DNA of 64,000 nucleotides from NCBI GenBank assembly GCA_038207085.1, contig JBBRAE010000005.1, positions 64,001 to 128,000 on the forward strand. The letters run 5' to 3'. The stretch's first letter is position 1. The number at the start of each line of letters is the position of its first letter. The notes under the pieces were generated by a model. The model was not told the origin of the DNA, ran no database searches, and worked only from the letters and a program-made list of their open reading frames with translations. This document shows positions 22,204 through 32,142 of the stretch, piece by piece. This DNA is from Armatimonadota bacterium (GTDB taxonomy: Bacteria > Armatimonadota > UBA5829 > DTLH01). The position numbers were made by a program, and so were the translations under genes.

Positions 22204-22749
22204 CTACGGGCCACTGTAGCTGGTGAGGGTCATCATTCGCCCGCTGGTATCCTCTCCGGAGTCGGTTGGAAGGTAGGACCTTCGCTTGTCGCTCTCGGGG
22301 GCCGAGTAGGAAACCGTTGGGAAGTTGAGCGACGCCTCCTCAAGCCCGATTGAGCTTGCAAACGCGCTGTGACCCGGCAGTTGGGCGTAAGTCTGTGGGG
22401 TTTGTCCGGGCTGGGCGACAAGGAACATCACAACGGCTCCGAGCCCGAGACATCCGGCGGCGACCGGGGTCAGTCGCCCCTTACCGAAAGACATAAGCCC
22501 GTTAAAGATCTTCTGGTACGCCGGGACTTGGACACAGTAGAGGCTGGCGCAGAGAGCCTCGGCAAAGCCCGGCCTTGGTTGAGCGTACGGCAGACAGGAG
22601 AGCAGATATTTTCCCTGGAGCAGCTCATCGTGCTGTTCACTGCAGCTCTCGCACTCGTCAAGATGCCTTCTGATCTCAAGCATCTCGACCCCTGTAAGCT
22701 CACCGTCCATATAGGCTGATAGTAAATTAGAAACTCGACGGCAATTCAT
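22204..22749 (-). CDS. Zinc-binding (zf-HC2) transmembrane anti-sigma factor
   Basis: C...LSAYMDGEL...HLxxCxxC, one TM helix, directly downstream of an ECF sigma gene. Confidence 0.9.
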   Translation of the reverse strand: MNCRRVSNLLSAYMDGELTGVEMLEIRRHLDECESCSEQHDELLQGKYLLSCLPYAQPRPGFAEALCASLYCVQVPAYQKIFNGLMSFGKGRLTPVAAGCLGLGAVVMFLVAQPGQTPQTYAQLPGHSAFASSIGLEEASLNFPTVSYSAPESDKRRSYLPTDSGEDTSGRMMTLTSYSGP

Positions 22750-22766
22750 AAGAAGCACCTACCTCA

Positions 22767-23345
22767 TCATTCCTTGTGCGCTGTAAAGTCTTTCAGCCTT
22801 TCCCTTAGGAGTTTGCGTCCGCGATGGAGTCTTGACCTCACCGTTCCGATGGAACAGCTCATCGCCTCAGCAATCTCTTCGTAGGACAACCCTTCGATAT
22901 CGGCATAAATGACCGCCAGCCTGAAGTCCTCCGGTATTGAGTCCAGAGCACGCTGGATACGGGCGTCCATCTCGTGGGAGAGCACGGTTTCTTCGGGACC
23001 TGCTGAAGTGTCCGGCACATCGAGCTTGGTCTCTCCGTCTTCTGTCGAGATGGGCTGGTCGAGCGACCTGATCTGCGCCTTAGGCCGCCTCCTCAGCGTG
23101 TCCACAAATACATTGGACATGATTTTATACAGCCAGCTATCGAAAGGAAGTTCCCTTTTATACTGACCAAAAAATCTAAATGCACGAATAAACGCTTCTT
23201 GTGTGAGGTCTTCAGCATCCGCCGGGTTCCCGGTCATGCGATAGGCGATATTATACGCCTGCTTATGGTACCTCTGCACAAGCCCGTCAAATACGTGCCT
23301 GTCCTCTTTTTCCGCCACACTGGTCGCTGTTTTAATAAGTTCCAC
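22767..23345 (-). CDS. ECF RNA polymerase sigma factor (SigE/SigW-like)
   Basis: DAEDLTQEAFIRA, SWLYKI and GLSYEEIA...GTVRSRLHRGR motifs. Confidence 0.95.
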   Translation of the reverse strand: MELIKTATSVAEKEDRHVFDGLVQRYHKQAYNIAYRMTGNPADAEDLTQEAFIRAFRFFGQYKRELPFDSWLYKIMSNVFVDTLRRRPKAQIRSLDQPISTEDGETKLDVPDTSAGPEETVLSHEMDARIQRALDSIPEDFRLAVIYADIEGLSYEEIAEAMSCSIGTVRSRLHRGRKLLRERLKDFTAHKE

Positions 23346-23372
23346 TATTGTGGTCCTCCGCTTACTTTCTAC

Positions 23373-23399
23373 TACGATTGACCGCTTGGGAATAGTTCC
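23373..23399 (-). promoter_or_regulatory. Putative autoregulatory ECF promoter
   Basis: GGAACT-N17-CGTA on the minus strand upstream of the sigma gene RBS. Confidence 0.6.
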
Positions 23400-23794
23400 C
23401 CGAGTTTCTACGTATAGTATACATTAATTATTTTTCAATATCAAGTCACCACCTCGACTTTATAACTCACTGCGTGTGACAATCACCGCCCAAGTTCGCA
23501 GCAGAATCATATATTGACGAGGCAAGCAGGGGGAATATAATGCGTGTAGGGGAGCCTGGCTGGCAGGCTGGATATAAGCTTAGAAAAGGTGTCTGTCCCC
23601 TTTTGCTCAGGTGACACGATCTGGCCACTAAATCGCGTTACATGCTTCCACCGGGCAGGAATATGAGATATTACTGTACCAGGGACAGACGGTACAATCT
23701 CCCAATGTTGATCAATCCAAACCACATCACCCTGAGGCTCTCGAAGGGTGCGCTCCACAAATCAAAAGGCGTACTACAACAAATGGAAGCTACA

Positions 23795-23875
23795 CTAACC
23801 CGCATTATTCACGATTCTAGTGAATAATGCTCTGTTAGCGAGAGCTTTATTCGCTTTACGAATAAAGCGGGCTAA
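23795..23875. repeat. Dispersed double-hairpin element, family C, copy 1
   Basis: 81 bp; reverse-complement copy at 56326-56406. Confidence 0.85.
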
Positions 23876-24015
23876 ACCCCCAAGCCTCGCCAATCCATTC
23901 TTTTGAGTAAAGAACAAAGAGGATAATACCGATCAAAGTAAAAGAGTAAGAGGGAACGCACGCAGCGCAAAACTGGGTATTGTTGTGTAGAATAACTCTT
24001 AAACGGGAGAACATC

Positions 24016-24777
24016 GTGAGATACGGCGAATCGGCTACTGACAAGGCACTATACTGGCTCATACGGGACAGCATCCCCGTTACCAAGGCGTTGATCATCA
24101 TCAACGCGCTTTTCATGCTCGTGCTCGCCTTGTTCAAGACAAGCCCGATCCTGCCGCTTCTTGCGTTTGACCCGCTGACAGTCTTCAGGCTCCCCTGGAC
24201 CATTTTCACATACCCCCTGCTCGGCGTAGGGGGAGTGCTTTCGATGGTGTTTGCGGGATACTGGCTCTGGATCGCCGGAGGCAGCATCGAGCGCGCCTGG
24301 GGAAGCACGCGCTTTGCGTTCTATTTCTTTGCGATGTCCGCCCTTACCGCCGTAGGCCTCTTTATCGGAAGCGTCCTAACCGGGACACCTGCGGGCGCGG
24401 CGGGGCTTTGGCTGCCGCTTGCGGGAGTGACCGTCGCATTCGGGATGATGAACCCCGAGCAGGTCATACTCTTCATGTTCTTCATCCCGCTCAAGCTGAA
24501 GTACCTCGCGCTGATCGACGTCGCCATCGTCTTCTTCTCGTATTTGGGTCTCGGTTTCCCTGCCGGGATCATCATGGGGCTCTGTGCGCTTCTGGGATGC
24601 GCCTTCAGCTTCTGGTACGTCACCCGCGGCACAAGCCTATTCTTCTACCGACCGGCCCAAAGGCCGCAAAGAGGCGAAGTGATACGGCTACACCCGAGAC
24701 GAAAACAACTGAATCCGCTGGGATGGTTCAAGAACAAGCGCGAAGAAAAGAAACTGCGGAACTTTCTCGACAAGTAG
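24016..24777 (+). CDS. Rhomboid-like multi-pass membrane protein
   Basis: PWTIFTY and IERAWGS..F motifs plus about six TM helices; no clear catalytic GxS/His. Confidence 0.7.
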   Translation: MRYGESATDKALYWLIRDSIPVTKALIIINALFMLVLALFKTSPILPLLAFDPLTVFRLPWTIFTYPLLGVGGVLSMVFAGYWLWIAGGSIERAWGSTRFAFYFFAMSALTAVGLFIGSVLTGTPAGAAGLWLPLAGVTVAFGMMNPEQVILFMFFIPLKLKYLALIDVAIVFFSYLGLGFPAGIIMGLCALLGCAFSFWYVTRGTSLFFYRPAQRPQRGEVIRLHPRRKQLNPLGWFKNKREEKKLRNFLDK

Positions 24778-24788
24778 ACCTTACTAGA

Positions 24789-25400
24789 CTAGGCCGACGA
24801 ACCGCGGGGCTTGGACCAAAACCGGCTCGCCGCGTACCCCGACAGCCCACCGATAACCGCGCCGCCCAGCACATCCAGCGGGAAATGCACTCCGACATAC
24901 ATCCGCTCGTAGGCGACGAACACGGTGTAGAAACACAGCGCCACAAACACCCATCTTGGACGAAATCGCATCAGGGCGAAAGTGATTGCCGCACATAGGG
25001 CAACATCGCCTGAAGGAAACGACCCCTTCATCCTATTCACCAACAGATGAACGTCAGGCAAAGACGCCCCCGGCCTGGGAGTCGCAAGCGTCTGTTTGAA
25101 CACATGCACAAAAACGGTCTCGATCAGAACAGCGATCACCGCGACCTGCAGAGCCCGGCGGTTCCCCTTCACGTTGAGAAAAACGACCGCAAGCAGTGGG
25201 ATCACCCAGTAGAACGGCGCAAACGCTGTAAGAACCGAGTCAAACCAGGGGGCATGGTGGTCGTTGACGAGCCTGAAAAGCTCGACGTTTAGAGGAAACG
25301 TCTCAAACGTGCGGGGATACTGCGACGCGCACTGTCCGGCAATCGACGCAATACTCAGAAGAATAATGCACGGCAGGAGCCGATTGAGAGTAGACTTCAT
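24789..25400 (-). CDS. PAP2-family membrane phosphatase
   Basis: KxxxxxPRP, SFPSGD and RMYVGVHFPLDV motifs. Confidence 0.9.
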   Translation of the reverse strand: MKSTLNRLLPCIILLSIASIAGQCASQYPRTFETFPLNVELFRLVNDHHAPWFDSVLTAFAPFYWVIPLLAVVFLNVKGNRRALQVAVIAVLIETVFVHVFKQTLATPRPGASLPDVHLLVNRMKGSFPSGDVALCAAITFALMRFRPRWVFVALCFYTVFVAYERMYVGVHFPLDVLGGAVIGGLSGYAASRFWSKPRGSSA

Positions 25401-25446
25401 ATTTGTAGCAAGGGGCCGACACCGGGCCGACCCCAACACTTTCGCT

Positions 25447-26670
25447 TTAGGGCTTTTCGAGCTCGAACGCCTTGTGCAGCGCGCGAACGGCCTGCTTCAC
25501 CTTGTCTTTTTCGATAAGGCAGGTGATGCGTATCTCGCTTGTGGAGATACCAACGATGTTGATCTCTTCGCTTGAGAGCGCGCCGAACATCTTGGCGGCG
25601 TAGCCGGGATGGCTCCTGATTCCACTTCCGATGATCGAGACCTTGGCCATATTCATATCAGCCGCAACGTCTCTTGCGCCGATCTCTTTTACGAGCGGCT
25701 CAAGGACGATCTTGGCCTTGTCGAGGTCGGCGGTCGTCACGGTGAACGACAGGTCGGTCAGGCCTTCCTGCGAAACGTTCTGGACGATCACGTCGACGTT
25801 GACGCCCGAGTCTGAGAGCGTCTGGAACAATTTGTATGCGATGCCGGGCTTGTCGGGCACAGCGAGAATAGTCAACCTGGCGACGTCATCATCGTGCGCG
25901 ATTCCGCGGACGGGATTACGTACCTCCATGCTGGGGTCCTCCTTTTTGATCAACGTGCCCGGGACCTCCCTGGCACTGTTTGCAACCAGAATCTCAACGT
26001 TATAAAGTTCACCAAGTTCCACCGCGCGCGAGTGCATAACGCGCGCTCCCTGGCCCGCCATCTCAAGCATCTCTTCATAGGAGATGGTGTCGAGTTTTTG
26101 GGCGTCGGTCGCGATGCGCGGGTCTGTGGTGTAGACTCCGTCGACATCGGTGTAGATCTCGCAGGTGTCGGCCTTGATAGCCGCCGCAAGGGCGACCGCG
26201 GTGGTGTCTGAGCCTCCGCGCCCGAGGGTCGTTATATCGGCCCAGCTTGCGTTGTCTGTGATCCCCTGGAACCCAGCGACGACGATAATCTTGCCGCTGT
26301 TCAGCTCTTCTTTGATCCTTCGGGGGTCGATCCTGGTGATCCTTGCTCTGCTCGGGACTTTTTCGGTGATGATACCGGCCTGTCCGCCCGTAAGCGAGAC
26401 GGCATCTTTGCCGAGGCCGTGGAGCGCCATAGTCAAGAGGGCGCTTGAGGCCTGTTCACCAGTCGCGAGCAGCTTGTCGAGCTCGCGGCCTTCAGGGACC
26501 TTGACAAGCTCTTTTGCAAGCGAGATGAGTTCGTCGGTTGTGTCTCCCATAGCGGAGACGACGACAACGACCTGTGCGTTTTCAGCAGCTTTTGCAACCC
26601 TCGAAGCTATATTTTTTATCTTCTCAGCGTTAGCAACCGAGCTGCCACCATATTTTTGGACAATTATCAC
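25447..26670 (-). CDS. lysC: Aspartate kinase
   Basis: [24 protein letters not shown] and [10 protein letters not shown] motifs; two ACT domains. Confidence 0.97.
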   Translation of the reverse strand: MIIVQKYGGSSVANAEKIKNIASRVAKAAENAQVVVVVSAMGDTTDELISLAKELVKVPEGRELDKLLATGEQASSALLTMALHGLGKDAVSLTGGQAGIITEKVPSRARITRIDPRRIKEELNSGKIIVVAGFQGITDNASWADITTLGRGGSDTTAVALAAAIKADTCEIYTDVDGVYTTDPRIATDAQKLDTISYEEMLEMAGQGARVMHSRAVELGELYNVEILVANSAREVPGTLIKKEDPSMEVRNPVRGIAHDDDVARLTILAVPDKPGIAYKLFQTLSDSGVNVDVIVQNVSQEGLTDLSFTVTTADLDKAKIVLEPLVKEIGARDVAADMNMAKVSIIGSGIRSHPGYAAKMFGALSSEEINIVGISTSEIRITCLIEKDKVKQAVRALHKAFELEKP

Positions 26671-26882
26671 GAAAGTTCGCCTTCCTTAATTCAGTCCGGT
26701 GGCGCATAGCGCCAGCCTTTAAGAGACGGCGCAGATAGCGCCGTCGATAAGGATTGAGCGGCTGCCCGCCGCCCGCAGGGCGTTCTAAGAATAACACATC
26801 CTCCAGCCAGATGTAAAGAAACACGCTCATTTTCAGGCCCGTGACGGTAATCTCACCTGTGTAAAGCAGGCACAGTAGTTCA

Positions 26883-28841
26883 CTACGCCGCTTGAAGCTG
26901 CTCTGCCTGAATCCACCTCAGAAGCGCCTTCACGCAGGCGGGGTCGAACTGTGTGCCGGCGTGCTCATTGAGCTCGTGAACGGCTTGCCCCATAGTCATC
27001 GCGTCGCGGTAGGGACGATCGGAGGTCATCGCATCAAAGGCGTCAGCCACGCAGACGATCCGGGCCGCGAGCGGGATGCGGTCGCCCACGAGCCCACAGG
27101 GGTAGCCTGTGCCGTCGAAGCGCTCGTGGTGATAGAGTATCGCCGGAAGCACCTTCTCAAGCTGTGGGACCTGACTTACGATGCGCTCGCCGATCGTGGA
27201 GTGGGTCTGCATGATCTCCCGCTCGTGCTCGGTGTAGAGCCCGGGGTTGGACAGCACCTCCTCAGGCATCCCGATCTTGCCGACATCGTGAAGCAGAGCG
27301 GCGATCTTGATATTGAACGAATCCTCTTCGGATATCCCCATCTCAAGCGCGGTCCCGACCGAGTAGCGGGCCACCGACTCGGAATGTCCGTGGGCGTACT
27401 GATCCTTCGCATCAACGGCCTTGGCAAGCGTGACTATCGCACCGACGGACGCGTTTCTAAGAAAAGAGTATACCCGGCAGGGGTCCATGTTGCTCCCCGC
27501 GCCTGGCACGTCGGTGTAAGAGCTAACCGCGTTGTGGGAAATGTGCTTGGCATGATACATCGCGATATCGGCTGCGCTTACGAGCGCTTCGCCGTCCCGT
27601 GCGTTTGCCGGGCACTCTGCAACGCCTATGCTGAGCGACACCTTCCAGGTGTTCGCCATTCCCGGGCGCGCGTCTTCGCCCATCACCGTCTCACCGGACA
27701 TCTCGGAGTGTGAGTCGACAACGGCGCGGATGCGCTCGGCCATGCCAAGCGCCTCTTCGGCGGAAGTCTCGGGCATGATCACCGCGAACTCGTCCCCACC
27801 ATAGCGGGCGACGAGGTCTATCTCGCGGATCGCGCCCGCGAGTGTCGCAGCAAAGTTCTTAAGCACAGCGTCGCCCGCGGTGTGACCAAGGTTATCGTTT
27901 ACAGCCTTGAACCCGTCGAGGTCGATCATCAAAAGGGCAAGCGGCCTGTTGTAGCGAAGCGAACGCTTCATCTCCTGGCCCAGCCTGTCGTGAAAATATC
28001 TGTGATTGTAAAGCCCGGTCAGCCCGTCGGTGTTGGCCCGGCGAAGCATGTTCGCCTGGCGCTCCTTCAGGTTGGCGGCCATGTCATTTAGACTGGTCGC
28101 GATGGTCCCGAGCTCGTCTGAGCCGTTCACAGGGATAGAACAGTCGAGGTTCCCCTCTGCAAGTCGCTCGGTTGCGTCGGTGATCCTGTTGATCGACCTG
28201 CTTACAGTAGAGCTTAACAGCAGACTGAGCGTTGTCGCAAGCGCGAGCGCCGAAAGCAGCGCAAGACAAGTCGAAGTCTGAATGCTTTGCTGAGCCGCGG
28301 CAACCTCTGAAGCGGACATATCGAGTCCCACAAGCGCAATCGCCTTGCCGTCCGCATTTTTCACCGGCGCGTATCCGGAAATCCACGTGCCGTTTCCATC
28401 GGCGCGGACCCGCGGGTCAAAGACCGCGCAGCTAAACCCATACATCACCTTGGAACTCTGAGGGATCTTCCAAAGCGTGCCGACATCGGCGCTATTTGAA
28501 CCCTTTTGCCCCATGTCCATAATAACCCTAAGCTTGTCGCGCTTGAGCGACGGAACCAGGGTATATATACGGTGAATACTGGGGTTGGCGGCAAGAAATA
28601 TCTGCATCTTCTCCGCGAGTTCCCGATACTGCGGGCCTCTGGAGTCATCGGCGGACTTGATCTTTGAGTGAGCCAGCGGGTTGATCAGTCCCGAAGCCAA
28701 AAACGCCGAACGCGCGAGCTTGGTGCCCGCCTCTTTGTGCAGAGCAGCGGTGGATTCTCGGTAGAAGAACCCAATAGTAAGCAGGGATATGCCCATTGTG
28801 CATACCCAGAATAGCAGTGCCAGCTTGCTTCCGAACCGCAT
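26883..28841 (-). CDS. Membrane sensor with HAMP, GGDEF diguanylate cyclase and HD-GYP phosphodiesterase domains
   Basis: Two TM helices, HAMP, RxxD-RYGGDEF, HDVGKIG and HHERFDGTGYP motifs. Confidence 0.93.
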   Translation of the reverse strand: MRFGSKLALLFWVCTMGISLLTIGFFYRESTAALHKEAGTKLARSAFLASGLINPLAHSKIKSADDSRGPQYRELAEKMQIFLAANPSIHRIYTLVPSLKRDKLRVIMDMGQKGSNSADVGTLWKIPQSSKVMYGFSCAVFDPRVRADGNGTWISGYAPVKNADGKAIALVGLDMSASEVAAAQQSIQTSTCLALLSALALATTLSLLLSSTVSRSINRITDATERLAEGNLDCSIPVNGSDELGTIATSLNDMAANLKERQANMLRRANTDGLTGLYNHRYFHDRLGQEMKRSLRYNRPLALLMIDLDGFKAVNDNLGHTAGDAVLKNFAATLAGAIREIDLVARYGGDEFAVIMPETSAEEALGMAERIRAVVDSHSEMSGETVMGEDARPGMANTWKVSLSIGVAECPANARDGEALVSAADIAMYHAKHISHNAVSSYTDVPGAGSNMDPCRVYSFLRNASVGAIVTLAKAVDAKDQYAHGHSESVARYSVGTALEMGISEEDSFNIKIAALLHDVGKIGMPEEVLSNPGLYTEHEREIMQTHSTIGERIVSQVPQLEKVLPAILYHHERFDGTGYPCGLVGDRIPLAARIVCVADAFDAMTSDRPYRDAMTMGQAVHELNEHAGTQFDPACVKALLRWIQAEQLQAA

Positions 28842-29102
28842 AATTCCATCCTGTCCAATAACGAAATGTAATATAGACCTTGCGCATCTCAATTATTGGA
28901 AGAAAGGCCCGGTTTCTTAATGACAACTTCTTAATAAACTTGATCAAATAGTCTGCACTTCATTGGCGAATTTTTCGCCGTTGATCTCCCGAAAAGATAG
29001 CAATTGAGTTGTGACCGTGACTACCCTGTGGTATAATACTGATAGCCCCGGGGCATGACGATCAAACTTACGTGTGTGCCGTGAGCTGGAGGTGCCGATA
29101 TT

Positions 29103-31046
29103 TTGAATCGACATGTACGAAATATTATCATAATTGTGGCGATAGTAGCCTTCGCCCTGGTCCTGCGAGCTCCAAAGAGCCCGTTTGCCCTCGGAGAGAC
29201 GACAAAAGAAGTCTCCTTCACGACCGCAAAGAAACTCCTCAACGAGGATAAAGTGGTCCGAGGAACGGTCAAGAAAGATATCTTCGAGGGTCAGCTGAAG
29301 GACAAGACCAAGTTCCAGGTCAGGCTTCCCGCCAACGATCAGCAGACGAGCGAGTTCTTCGCGCTTCTGGAAAAGAACAACGCCGACGTCAAAGTCGAAA
29401 GCGCTGCCGGATCCGAGATGATCACGAGCCTGCTGCTTTCCATAGTGCTTCCGATCGGTATGGTCGTTGTAATCTGGCTGTTCCTGATGCGTCAGGCGCA
29501 GGCTGGTGGCAACCAGGCTATGTCGTTTGGTCGCGCCAAGGCAAAGCGCCTCGGGGAGAACGTCCCCAAGGTCACTTTTGACGATGTCGCTGGTGTTGAA
29601 GAGGCCAAGCAGGAGCTTGAGGAAGTAGTCGAGTTCCTGAAAAACGCCAAGAAGTTCCAGGCGCTTGGAGCCAAGATCCCCAAGGGGGTCCTGCTCCTTG
29701 GACCTCCAGGATGCGGCAAGACCCTTCTTGCCCGCGCAATCGCCGGTGAGGCCGGGGTGCCGTTCTTCCACATCAGTGGATCGGACTTTGTTGAGATGTT
29801 TGTGGGAGTCGGCGCATCACGCGTCCGGGACCTGTTCGACACGGCAAAAGCAAACAGGCCCAGCCTGATCTTTATCGACGAAATCGACGCAGTGGGCCGA
29901 CAGCGAGGCGCTGGCCTCGGCGGCGGTCACGACGAGCGCGAGCAGACCCTGAACCAGCTCCTGGTTGAGATGGACGGGTTCGACCCGAACGCAGGGGTCA
30001 TCCTGATCGCCGCGACCAACAGACCCGACGTTCTTGACCCGGCGCTCCTTAGACCGGGACGCTTCGACAGAAGAGTCGTCGTCGACAACCCCGACGCAGT
30101 CGGACGCAAGGCGATCCTTGCCGTTCACACCAAGGGCAAGCCGATCGCAGACGACGTTAACATCGATACAATCGCCCGCCGGACCCCGGGCTTTAGCGGG
30201 GCGGATATCGCGAACATGGTCAACGAGGCCGCGCTTATGGCAGCGCGCCGCGAGAAGACCAAGATATTCATGGACGACTTCGAGATGGCGATCGACCGAG
30301 TCATCGCCGGTCCCGAGCGAAAGAGCCGGATCATCAGCGAAAAAGAGAAAGAAATGGTCGCCTACCACGAGGTCGGGCACGCCATCGTCTCTGAAATGCT
30401 GCCTTTGGCCGACCCTGTGCACAAGGTATCGATCCTGCCCAGAGGAATGGCGCTTGGGTATACCATCTCGCTTCCGGGTCAGGACAAGTATCTGACCACC
30501 AAGAGCGAGCTTTTGGACGACCTTGCCGGTCTCCTTGGAGGCCGAGTCGCCGAGCAGGTAGTCTTTAACGAGATATCGACCGGTGCGAGCAACGACCTTG
30601 AGCGGGCGACTGAGGTCGCGCGGGCGATGGTCTGCGACTACGGAATGAGTGAGGTCCTCGGGCCGCTCACTCTCGGCAAGCGCCACGGCAACCCGTTCCT
30701 TGGCCGGGACATAATGGAAGATCGCAACTACTCCGAGGAGATCGCAATGTCGATCGACAAGGAGATCAGAAAGATCATCGAGAACTCCTACCTGCGCGCA
30801 AAGAGCATGCTCCTTGAGAACAGGGCCAAAATGGACGAGATCGTCAAGGTTCTGCTTGTGCGAGAGACGCTTGAACGCGAGGAGTTCGTGGGCCTGATGG
30901 CCGACGCCAAACACCCGGTGTACGACAAGCCCGCAACCGGCGGCACGACGTTTGCCCCCGGCGAGGGTGAGGCATGCCCTGATGCGGCCCCGCGAAGGGC
31001 CCCCGAGGGCGGCGGACACCCCAGGCTAGAGCCTGGTATGGCCTAA
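29103..31046 (+). CDS. ftsH: ATP-dependent zinc metalloprotease FtsH
   Basis: [34 protein letters not shown] and HEVGH motifs. Confidence 0.98.
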   Translation: MNRHVRNIIIIVAIVAFALVLRAPKSPFALGETTKEVSFTTAKKLLNEDKVVRGTVKKDIFEGQLKDKTKFQVRLPANDQQTSEFFALLEKNNADVKVESAAGSEMITSLLLSIVLPIGMVVVIWLFLMRQAQAGGNQAMSFGRAKAKRLGENVPKVTFDDVAGVEEAKQELEEVVEFLKNAKKFQALGAKIPKGVLLLGPPGCGKTLLARAIAGEAGVPFFHISGSDFVEMFVGVGASRVRDLFDTAKANRPSLIFIDEIDAVGRQRGAGLGGGHDEREQTLNQLLVEMDGFDPNAGVILIAATNRPDVLDPALLRPGRFDRRVVVDNPDAVGRKAILAVHTKGKPIADDVNIDTIARRTPGFSGADIANMVNEAALMAARREKTKIFMDDFEMAIDRVIAGPERKSRIISEKEKEMVAYHEVGHAIVSEMLPLADPVHKVSILPRGMALGYTISLPGQDKYLTTKSELLDDLAGLLGGRVAEQVVFNEISTGASNDLERATEVARAMVCDYGMSEVLGPLTLGKRHGNPFLGRDIMEDRNYSEEIAMSIDKEIRKIIENSYLRAKSMLLENRAKMDEIVKVLLVRETLEREEFVGLMADAKHPVYDKPATGGTTFAPGEGEACPDAAPRRAPEGGGHPRLEPGMA

Positions 31047-31133
31047 CAGAGCAGATCATAAGTCAACGACAGTAAGAAAGTGGGGTCGCTCCTGTGTGGG
31101 GCGGCCCTTCTTTGCATGGGAGAAACCAATCAG

Positions 31134-32048
31134 ATGCCAAGAATCGTCCAGTGTGTGCCGAACTTCAGCGAGGGGAGACGCCCCGAGGTCGTCGCGGCGA
31201 TCGCGCATGCGATGGGCTCGGCGGGATCGGCCAAGGTGGTCAATTACTCGCTCGACTGCGACCACAACCGCTGCGTCATCACCCTAGTGGGCGAACCGGC
31301 CTCGGTCGCAGACGCTCTGCTTGCCGGAGCGAAAAAGGCCGTCGAGCTGATCGACATCACGCGGCACACGGGCGGGCACCCCAGAATCGGCGCGATCGAC
31401 GTTGTGCCGGTCGTCCCGGTGATGGGGGTCGACATGAGCGACTGCGTCGCACTATCCTGCACGATCGGCGAACGGCTCGCCTGCGAGCTAGGTCTTCCGG
31501 TCTACTTCTATGAAGAAAGCGCAAACCTTTCCTGCCGCGCCAACCTCGCTGAGATCAGGCGCGGCGGCTACGAAGCCCTGATGGCGACGGGCCTCGCAGG
31601 CGAACGCGCACCCGACCTCGGACCGAGCAGGCTTCACCCGACCGCAGGCGCAACCGTAGTCGGCGCGCGCGGCCCCCTGATCGCCTACAACGTCAACCTC
31701 CAAACAGGCGATATATCCGTCGCCCGCTCTATCGCAAAAAGAATCCGTCAGCTTCGAGACTCGGGGCAGGGAATGGCCGGGGTCAAGGCGATCGGCGTGG
31801 AGCTCGCCTCCCGGGGTATCGTCCAGGTCTCGACCAACATCACCCAGCCGCACGCGACAGGGGTCTTTGAAGTCTACAAGTTCATCGAGGACGAAGCCGC
31901 CTCTTTGGGTATCGCGGTGCTTGAGTCAGAGCTTATCGGGGTGCTGCGCGAAGAGGCGATAGTCGACGCCTTCTGCGCCGCGATCAAACTGCCAACGCTT
32001 CACGAGTCAAGGGTCCTCGACAACTGGTTGCCGACGCGCGACAAGTAG
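31134..32048 (+). CDS. ftcD: Glutamate formimidoyltransferase
   Basis: CVPNFSEGR, DHNR, HPRIGAIDV and LIAYNVNL motifs. Confidence 0.92.
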   Translation: MPRIVQCVPNFSEGRRPEVVAAIAHAMGSAGSAKVVNYSLDCDHNRCVITLVGEPASVADALLAGAKKAVELIDITRHTGGHPRIGAIDVVPVVPVMGVDMSDCVALSCTIGERLACELGLPVYFYEESANLSCRANLAEIRRGGYEALMATGLAGERAPDLGPSRLHPTAGATVVGARGPLIAYNVNLQTGDISVARSIAKRIRQLRDSGQGMAGVKAIGVELASRGIVQVSTNITQPHATGVFEVYKFIEDEAASLGIAVLESELIGVLREEAIVDAFCAAIKLPTLHESRVLDNWLPTRDK

Positions 32049-32142
32049 TGGCTTGCGCGCCGGACACAGGGAGGAACTTCACGCCTCAGAAGCTAACTAA
32101 ACTATAGTCGTCCGTGGAACGACGAGTTGTGTAAAGAGGTGT

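Noticed and set aside
23507..23758. 83-aa minus-strand ORF with Trp-containing motifs
   Set aside because: No clear RBS or family match, and it runs through a palindromic repeat.
32073..32100. GGAACTT sigmaE-like promoter before the acyl-CoA synthetase gene
   Set aside because: The -10 element is a poor match.
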